A stretch of DNA of 64,000 bases from Thermomicrobia bacterium. Lineage in GTDB: Bacteria; Chloroflexota; Chloroflexia; Thermomicrobiales; UBA6265. Position 1 is the stretch's first letter. Every line of letters starts with the position of its first letter. The notes below the pieces were generated by a model. It made no database searches. It was not told the origin of the DNA and saw nothing but the letters and a program-made list of their open reading frames with translations. Both the position numbers and the translations under genes were made by a program. The stretch is taken from the NCBI GenBank assembly GCA_044464585.1, contig JBIQLF010000006.1:2397-66396 (forward strand), in the 5' to 3' direction. Positions 58,697-64,000 of this stretch are shown piece after piece.

Positions 58697-59575
58697 ATGA
58701 GAATCGCGCAGGCCTATCCAATATCCCAACCCCAGCCGTTGACGGTGGAAGCCGCCGCGCGTCACCGTTTCGATTGGGCCGGTCGTATCGACGTCAATGA
58801 CCTCAACCGGACCCTCGCGGTCTACCCCGGGCGTTCGAGCTGGATACCCGAGGTCGATGAATTCCTCGTCGTCGGACCGTGGCGAAACCGCGATGACATT
58901 GCCTGCGTGGCCCAGGTGTCCGCCGTGCGGCGTCTCGACGACCTGATCGCGGCGAGCCGGGATGCGTCGTTCCTGCTGGGCGCGGGTGCGTTCGTCATGC
59001 CCGAATGGAACGAGACCCGTAATCCGCGATTCTACGAACGCAATGGGCTCGATTTGTTCGAGGACGTGATTTCCTTCGAGGTGGATACCCGCATTGCCCG
59101 GCCCGCGGATCTCGAACAGCGCGCCCCGGTCCGGCTGGTGTCCACAACCGCTCCCCTGCTCGATCGAATCGTCGATATCGATCACACGGCTTTTCCCTGG
59201 CTTTGGCGGAATTCCCGGCTCGAATTCGAGCACTACCTCGTCACGCCCGGCGTCGAGATTTGGGCGCTGCGCGACGACGCAGGCGAACCGGTCAGCTATC
59301 TGGGAATCACCAGTTACAGCGGATGGGGGCATCTCGACCGCATCGCCGTCGATCCCACGCGCCAGGGGGAGGGGCATGGCGAACGAGCTGTCCGGTTTGC
59401 GCTGGCGCGCCTGCAGCGATTGGGCGCTCGCCGGGTCGGGCTGAGCACCCAGCGTTCGAATCTGCGTTCTCAGCGTCTCTACACCCGTATCGGATTTCGG
59501 CAAACCTGGCAGAACGACTATCGAATTTATGGGACACTCGCGCCGGGCGCTCCGCTCGACGAGCCCCTGGGATGA
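58697..59575 (+). CDS. GNAT-family N-acetyltransferase (C-terminal GNAT domain)
   Basis: ...HLDRIAVDPTRQGEGHGERAVRFALARL (acetyl-CoA Q/RxxGxG/A motif) ...LYTRIGF. Confidence 0.75.
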   Translation: MRIAQAYPISQPQPLTVEAAARHRFDWAGRIDVNDLNRTLAVYPGRSSWIPEVDEFLVVGPWRNRDDIACVAQVSAVRRLDDLIAASRDASFLLGAGAFVMPEWNETRNPRFYERNGLDLFEDVISFEVDTRIARPADLEQRAPVRLVSTTAPLLDRIVDIDHTAFPWLWRNSRLEFEHYLVTPGVEIWALRDDAGEPVSYLGITSYSGWGHLDRIAVDPTRQGEGHGERAVRFALARLQRLGARRVGLSTQRSNLRSQRLYTRIGFRQTWQNDYRIYGTLAPGAPLDEPLG

Positions 59576-59593
59576 TGTGGAAACAAAATCGAT

Positions 59594-60673
59594 ATGAGTA
59601 GCTCGTTCGGGAAAATCTTCCGGTTGACCACCTGGGGTGAATCGCACGGACCCGCACTGGGAGTCGTGATCGAGGGCTGTCCGGCCGGTATTCCCCTCAC
59701 CGTCGAAGAGATTCAGATTCAGCTCGATCGCCGTCGCGTTGGCCAGAGCAAGGTCACCACCCCACGCAATGAGAAGGATCGCGCCGAAATCCTGTCCGGC
59801 GTGTTCGAGGGCGTCACCACCGGGGCGCCGATCTCGCTCATTACCTACAACGGCGATGTCGACTCATCCAAATACGAAAACCTGCGCGATGTCTTTCGGC
59901 CGGGACATGCCGATTACACCTATTGGGCCAAATATGGCCATCGGGATCACCGGGGGGGCGGTCGTTCCTCCGCCCGGGAGACCTGGGGCCGGGTCGCGGC
60001 GGGCGCTATCGCTCGCAAGATTCTCGCGCCAGCCGGCGTCGATATTTACGGGTTCTCTCGGGAAATCGGCGGCATCCGGGCGGAAACCGTCGATCGGGAT
60101 CAGATCGAACGGAACATCGTGCGTTCTCCCGATCCAATCGCGGCCGAGAAGATGATCGACGCAATTCTGGGCGTCAAAGAAGAAAAAGACAGTCTCGGCG
60201 GCATCGTGGAAATCCACGCGCTGCACGTGCCGATCGGTCTTGGCGAACCCACCTTCGACAAGCTGGACGGACTCATCGGCCAGGCAATGCTCAGTATTCC
60301 CGCGGTCAAAGGGGTCGAGATCGGCCGCGGATTCGATGTTACCCAGCTCCGCGGTTCCCAGGCGAACGACTCGTTCGGTATGGAAAACGGCGAGGTGCAT
60401 ACCCGTTCGAATAACGCGGGCGGTGTCCTGGGCGGTCTTTCGACTGGCGAACCGATCGTCGTCCGAATCGCCATCAAGCCGACATCGTCGGTCGCTCGCC
60501 CCCAGCAAACGGTCGATACGAATCTGCAACCGCGCGAAATCCTGGTGGAAGGCCGGCACGATCCCTCCGTGGTTCCCCGGGCGGTCTCCGTGGCGGAGGC
60601 CATGCTCGCCAATGTGCTGGCCGACCTCTATTTACGAAACCGCGCCGCCCGGATCGACTGGCCCCCGGAATAG
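59594..60673 (+). CDS. aroC: Chorismate synthase
   Basis: FGKIFRLTTWGESHGPALGVVIEGCPAG...GRSSARETWGRVAAGA...GRHDPSVVPRA. Confidence 0.96.
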   Translation: MSSSFGKIFRLTTWGESHGPALGVVIEGCPAGIPLTVEEIQIQLDRRRVGQSKVTTPRNEKDRAEILSGVFEGVTTGAPISLITYNGDVDSSKYENLRDVFRPGHADYTYWAKYGHRDHRGGGRSSARETWGRVAAGAIARKILAPAGVDIYGFSREIGGIRAETVDRDQIERNIVRSPDPIAAEKMIDAILGVKEEKDSLGGIVEIHALHVPIGLGEPTFDKLDGLIGQAMLSIPAVKGVEIGRGFDVTQLRGSQANDSFGMENGEVHTRSNNAGGVLGGLSTGEPIVVRIAIKPTSSVARPQQTVDTNLQPREILVEGRHDPSVVPRAVSVAEAMLANVLADLYLRNRAARIDWPPE

Positions 60674-60731
60674 GGAGCCCCCGGCGAATCGCCTCCTTTC
60701 CTCGACCGGTTCGGCCCGCGGGGCGGATGCC

Positions 60732-60759
60732 TTGCAATTTCGGCGTTCTCGCCTATGCT
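60732..60759 (+). promoter_or_regulatory. Candidate promoter for the MaoC/oxidoreductase/SBP-like cluster
   Basis: TTGCAA, 16 nt spacer, TATGCT; GGAGG 6 nt before ATG 60800. Confidence 0.4.
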
Positions 60760-60799
60760 GACCGCATTGGCGTCCGATCGAATCTACTGGAGGGGCGGC

Positions 60800-61255
60800 A
60801 TGGCGACTGTTTCCACGTCGTTCGAGCACTATGTCATCGGTTCTCGCCGTGAGACAACCGGCCGGACGATCACCGAAACCGATATCGTGCTGCACGCTGG
60901 GCAGACCGGCGACTTCTATCCACACCACATGGACGCTCAATGGTGCGCGACTCAGCCATTCGGGCGCCGGATAGCCCACGGTACCTTGATCCTGAGCGTC
61001 GCCATCGGTATGACCGCGGGAGATATCAATCCGCTCGCCATGTCCTACGGCTACGATCGCGTGCGGTTCATTCGACCAGTGTTCATCGACGACACGATTC
61101 GCGTCGTCGCCACCATCACCGAAAAGCGAGATCATCCCAAGCGGCCATCGCATGGCATCGTCGTGGAGGCGGTGGAGGTGTTCGATCAGAACGGCCAAAT
61201 CGTGCTGGCGTGTGAGCATCTCTATCTGGTCGAGCGGGAAACCGCCGGAGGATAA
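60800..61255 (+). CDS. MaoC-like (R)-hydratase/dehydratase (hot-dog fold)
   Basis: ...[21 protein letters not shown]...[11 protein letters not shown]...; ATG 60800 preferred because track start 60755 lies inside the -10. Confidence 0.82.
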   Translation: MATVSTSFEHYVIGSRRETTGRTITETDIVLHAGQTGDFYPHHMDAQWCATQPFGRRIAHGTLILSVAIGMTAGDINPLAMSYGYDRVRFIRPVFIDDTIRVVATITEKRDHPKRPSHGIVVEAVEVFDQNGQIVLACEHLYLVERETAGG

Positions 61256-61261
61256 GCGCCA

Positions 61262-62353
61262 ATGGACTTCGACCTTCCGCGCGCCGAACCGCCTTTGCCC
61301 CAGGGCATTCATCCGATCGTCATCGTCGGAGCAGGCGGCATCGTTCGGGACGCGCACCTGCCTGCCTACCGGAACGCGGGCTTCGAAGTCGCCGCGATCG
61401 TCAATCGCGATCTCCGGAAAGCGCGTGAGCTTGCCAGCGCGTATGGCATTCCTGCGGTGTTCGGCAATCTGGAGCAGGCGATCGCCGGGTCTCCGGACGG
61501 TGCGGTTTTCGATATCGCACTACCGGCGTCGTTGCATGCTCGGACACTTGCCCGGTTGCCCGGTGGCGCTTCGGTACTGATCCAGAAACCGATGGGTGAA
61601 TCGCTTTCCGAAGCCCACCAGATTCTCGATATCAGCACCCGCCGAAATCTGAATGCTGCCGTCAATTTCCAGCTGCGATACGCTCCCTCGGTCATCGCCG
61701 CCCGCGATCTGATCGAGCGCGGGGTCATCGGGGACCTGCTGGATCTGGAGGTCCGTGTTGCGGTCGAAACGCCGTGGCGACTCTGGCCATTTCTGGGCAA
61801 CGTGGAATTCGCCGAGTTCTATTATCACAGCATCCACTATGTCGATCTCGTGCGATCGTTCCTTGGCGATCCGCGCCGGGTACAGGCGCTCACGGTCCGG
61901 CATCCGGATGCCCCGGCTATGGATGGATCGAGAAGCGCCTTTCTGCTGGACTACGGCGATCTGGTGCGCGCCACTATCACGACCAACCATCATGTTCGGT
62001 ATGGTTTGGACCACCAGGAAGCCTGGATTCAATGGCTGGGAAGTCGCGGGGCGATCCGCGTAACCCTCGGCGTGCTGATGAACTACCCGCATGGCACCGA
62101 GGATGTCTTCGAAGTTGCCACGTTCGACCGCAAGGGAATGCCGGTCTGGCGACGGCTGGCTATTCCGGGAACCTGGTTTCCCGATGCGTTCGTCGGCACG
62201 ATGGCAAGTGTGATGCGGGCAGCCGAACAGCCCGATGCGACGCCGCCCACCTCCGTCGAGGACGCATTCCAGACGATGCGGGTGATCGCCGCCGCATGTG
62301 AAGCCTCTCGATATGGTGGCGTCGCGCCCACCGAGCTCCTGGAGGCCGGATGA
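61262..62353 (+). CDS. Gfo/Idh/MocA-family oxidoreductase
   Basis: Rossmann N-terminus IVIVGAGGIVRDAHLPAY.... Confidence 0.82.
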   Translation: MDFDLPRAEPPLPQGIHPIVIVGAGGIVRDAHLPAYRNAGFEVAAIVNRDLRKARELASAYGIPAVFGNLEQAIAGSPDGAVFDIALPASLHARTLARLPGGASVLIQKPMGESLSEAHQILDISTRRNLNAAVNFQLRYAPSVIAARDLIERGVIGDLLDLEVRVAVETPWRLWPFLGNVEFAEFYYHSIHYVDLVRSFLGDPRRVQALTVRHPDAPAMDGSRSAFLLDYGDLVRATITTNHHVRYGLDHQEAWIQWLGSRGAIRVTLGVLMNYPHGTEDVFEVATFDRKGMPVWRRLAIPGTWFPDAFVGTMASVMRAAEQPDATPPTSVEDAFQTMRVIAAACEASRYGGVAPTELLEAG

Positions 62354-63591
62354 TGAGCGGACGCGATTCGACCGTGCGAGTCGCAATCCGGGCCTTCGAT
62401 CCGTTCGAGGATGCCCTGCGCGAACAATGGGAGCGCTTCACCCGTATTTCTGATGTGAATCTATGTCTGGAGCCGGTCCAGCTCGATTTGCACGATCTCT
62501 ATCGAACCCTCGTAACCGATGATGGGTTACGTGATGGAACGTGGGATATCGCCTTTCTTTCGAGTGAATGGTTCGCTGAGGTCCACGAGCGCGCAGCCGT
62601 TGTCGATCTGTCGCCGCTGCTGGCGGCGAATCCGCCGGTCGGGTATCCGGAGGGTTGGCCCCAATCCCTGATCGATCATCAGCGATTCGGACCGGTGACC
62701 ATCGGCCTGCCCTATCACGACGGGCCGGAGTGCCTGATCTATCGCACCGACCTCTTCGACGACCCAAACGAGCAAGCGACATTTCAGGAGCGCTACGGCA
62801 TTCCGCTGGAACCGCCACGAACGTGGGATACATTCATTACAATCGCCAGGCACTTCCACCGGCCCGAGCAGGGACTCTATGGCACCACATTTGCCGCGTA
62901 TCCGGACGGCCACAACACCGTATTCGATTTCTTTCTGCAGCTCTGGAGTCGGGGCGGGGAGCTATTCGACGCTGATGGCGCGATTCGCCTTGTTTCCGAT
63001 GAAGCAGTGGCGGCGCTCGACTCTTACCGCTCGATCCTGACCGACCAGCGAGCGATCCATCCGCGGTCGGCCGAGTTCGACTCCGTCGCGGCCGGACGAG
63101 CGATCGCCGCCGGTGAGGTGGCCATGGCGATCAACTGGTTCGGATTCGCCACGTTCGCTGCCGCTCATCCGGCATCGTCCGTGCGGGGGAAGATCGACAT
63201 TGCCCCGGTTCCCGCCAGTTCCGGAGACGGACTCTCGCTTCTCTCCTATTGGGTTCTGGCAATCGGCGCGGGGAGTCCACAGATCGAGACGGCGTACGCC
63301 TTCCTGCGATTTTGCGCATCGCCGGAAATGGATCTGTTGTTGACGCGGACGGGTGGTATCGGATGCCGCCGGTCGACCTGGAACGATCCCGGCATCAATG
63401 CGGAGATTCCCTTCTACCACCGGCTCGCACCACTCCACGAGGTCGCCCGCGCGCTTCCACGCCGCGTCGACTGGGCTCGAATTGCCGGTACGATCGATCG
63501 GATCGTGCTCGATACGATCGGCACGGATGAGCCGGTGCGGTCGATTCTGGAACGTCATGCCAGCCAGCTCTCGGAGAGCCGCGACGAATGA
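62350..63591 (+). CDS. Solute-binding-protein (family 1)-like protein without a signal peptide
   Basis: ...GLPYHDGPECLIYRTDLFDDPNEQATFQERYGIPLEPPRTWDTFITIARHF... typical SBP_bac_1 block; hydrophilic N-terminus MMSGRDSTVRVAIRAF; ATGA overlap with the oxidoreductase gene. Confidence 0.7.
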   Translation: MMSGRDSTVRVAIRAFDPFEDALREQWERFTRISDVNLCLEPVQLDLHDLYRTLVTDDGLRDGTWDIAFLSSEWFAEVHERAAVVDLSPLLAANPPVGYPEGWPQSLIDHQRFGPVTIGLPYHDGPECLIYRTDLFDDPNEQATFQERYGIPLEPPRTWDTFITIARHFHRPEQGLYGTTFAAYPDGHNTVFDFFLQLWSRGGELFDADGAIRLVSDEAVAALDSYRSILTDQRAIHPRSAEFDSVAAGRAIAAGEVAMAINWFGFATFAAAHPASSVRGKIDIAPVPASSGDGLSLLSYWVLAIGAGSPQIETAYAFLRFCASPEMDLLLTRTGGIGCRRSTWNDPGINAEIPFYHRLAPLHEVARALPRRVDWARIAGTIDRIVLDTIGTDEPVRSILERHASQLSESRDE

Positions 63592-63607
63592 AGCGTTAAG
63601 GTGCATC

Positions 63608-64000
63608 ATGACCATCGAGCTGACGGGCATTACCTGGAATCACACCCGCGGATTCGTACCGATGGTGGCGACCGCCCAGCGCTTTCAGGAGCTGCATCCG
63701 GACGTCTCGATCGTTTGGCAGAAACGTTCCCTGCAGGCGTTCGCGGATGAGTCGTTGGCGTCCCTGACGGATCGCTACGATCTTATCGTGCTCGATCATC
63801 CCTGGGCCGGATATCTGGCCGCCACCGGGGCGACCATTCCCGTCGATGCGCACCTCGATCTTTCGGATTGCGCCCGGTACAGCGTTGGGTATTCCCATGC
63901 CAGCTACGCGGCTGGCGGTCATCAGTGGGCGCTCGCGATCGACGCGGCCACGCCGGTCGCATCCTGGAGACCGGATCTCCTGGAACGACTCGATGTGCCG
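63608..64000 (+). CDS. Second SBP-like protein without a signal peptide (3' end outside window; not in ORF track)
   Basis: Hand-translated open frame MTIELTGITWNHTRGFVPMVATAQRFQELHPDVSIVWQKRSLQAFADESL... with no stop up to the window edge. Confidence 0.6.
   Translation, partial: MTIELTGITWNHTRGFVPMVATAQRFQELHPDVSIVWQKRSLQAFADESLASLTDRYDLIVLDHPWAGYLAATGATIPVDAHLDLSDCARYSVGYSHASYAAGGHQWALAIDAATPVASWRPDLLERLDVP

Noticed and set aside
60755-60799. ORF-track start of the MaoC gene at 60755
   Set aside because: The ATG lies inside the candidate -10 hexamer (TATGCT). ATG 60800 has a GGAGG RBS and gives the usual ~150-aa hot-dog protein.

Overview
GC-rich (by eye well above 60%), gene-dense bacterial chromosome segment that looks like core genome, not a mobile island. 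No rRNA, tRNA, CRISPR array, transposase or integrase could be supported. Layout: (1) 1-15.4 kb, the S10/spc/alpha ribosomal-protein superoperon on the + strand (rplB to rpsI, with secY, adk, map, rpmJ, rpoA, truA); infA is absent from its usual map-rpmJ slot. (2) 15.5-18.8 kb, a minus-strand block with a hypothetical protein, a DmpA/S58 peptidase, an MBL hydrolase and nth. (3) 18.9-26.5 kb, pyrimidine genes pyrC-carA-carB, a CAX-type Ca2+/H+ antiporter, then pyrE, preceded by a leader that contains a terminator-like hairpin. (4) 26.6-42.6 kb, a run of DNA-maintenance genes: ligA, a DnaQ-exonuclease/GIY-YIG fusion, family-4 UDG, RNase J, an SOS-box-controlled imuB/dnaE2 cassette, a P-loop kinase, ftsK and recR. 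(5) 42.7-50.1 kb: a tandem-GNAT protein, an R3H/AAA ATPase, tmk, a DarA-like PII protein, a zinc-ribbon membrane protein, nrtR-nadK and eda. (6) 50.2-54.1 kb, System II cytochrome c maturation (ccdA-resB-ccsA-resA). (7) 54.2-64 kb: recO, an HD-GYP/HAD/trmD operon, a peptide SBP, a GNAT, aroC, and a MaoC/oxidoreductase/SBP-like cluster running off the window. Type-Z S14, RNase J, ResABC/CcdA, DarA next to tmk and a GAAC-N4-GTTC SOS box in a high-GC background suggest a Chloroflexota/Thermomicrobia-like or deep Gram-positive lineage; this is inference only. Three observations stand out. First, the imuB/dnaE2 cassette has a textbook LexA-box promoter but no imuA. Second, imuB is split at a C5 run, with its W-rich C-terminal module in the -1 frame. 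Third, a ~180-nt GGA-repeat purine/pyrimidine inverted repeat lies between the convergent rnj and dnaE2 genes. No clearly new multi-gene system (defence, toxin-antitoxin or similar) could be supported from sequence alone.
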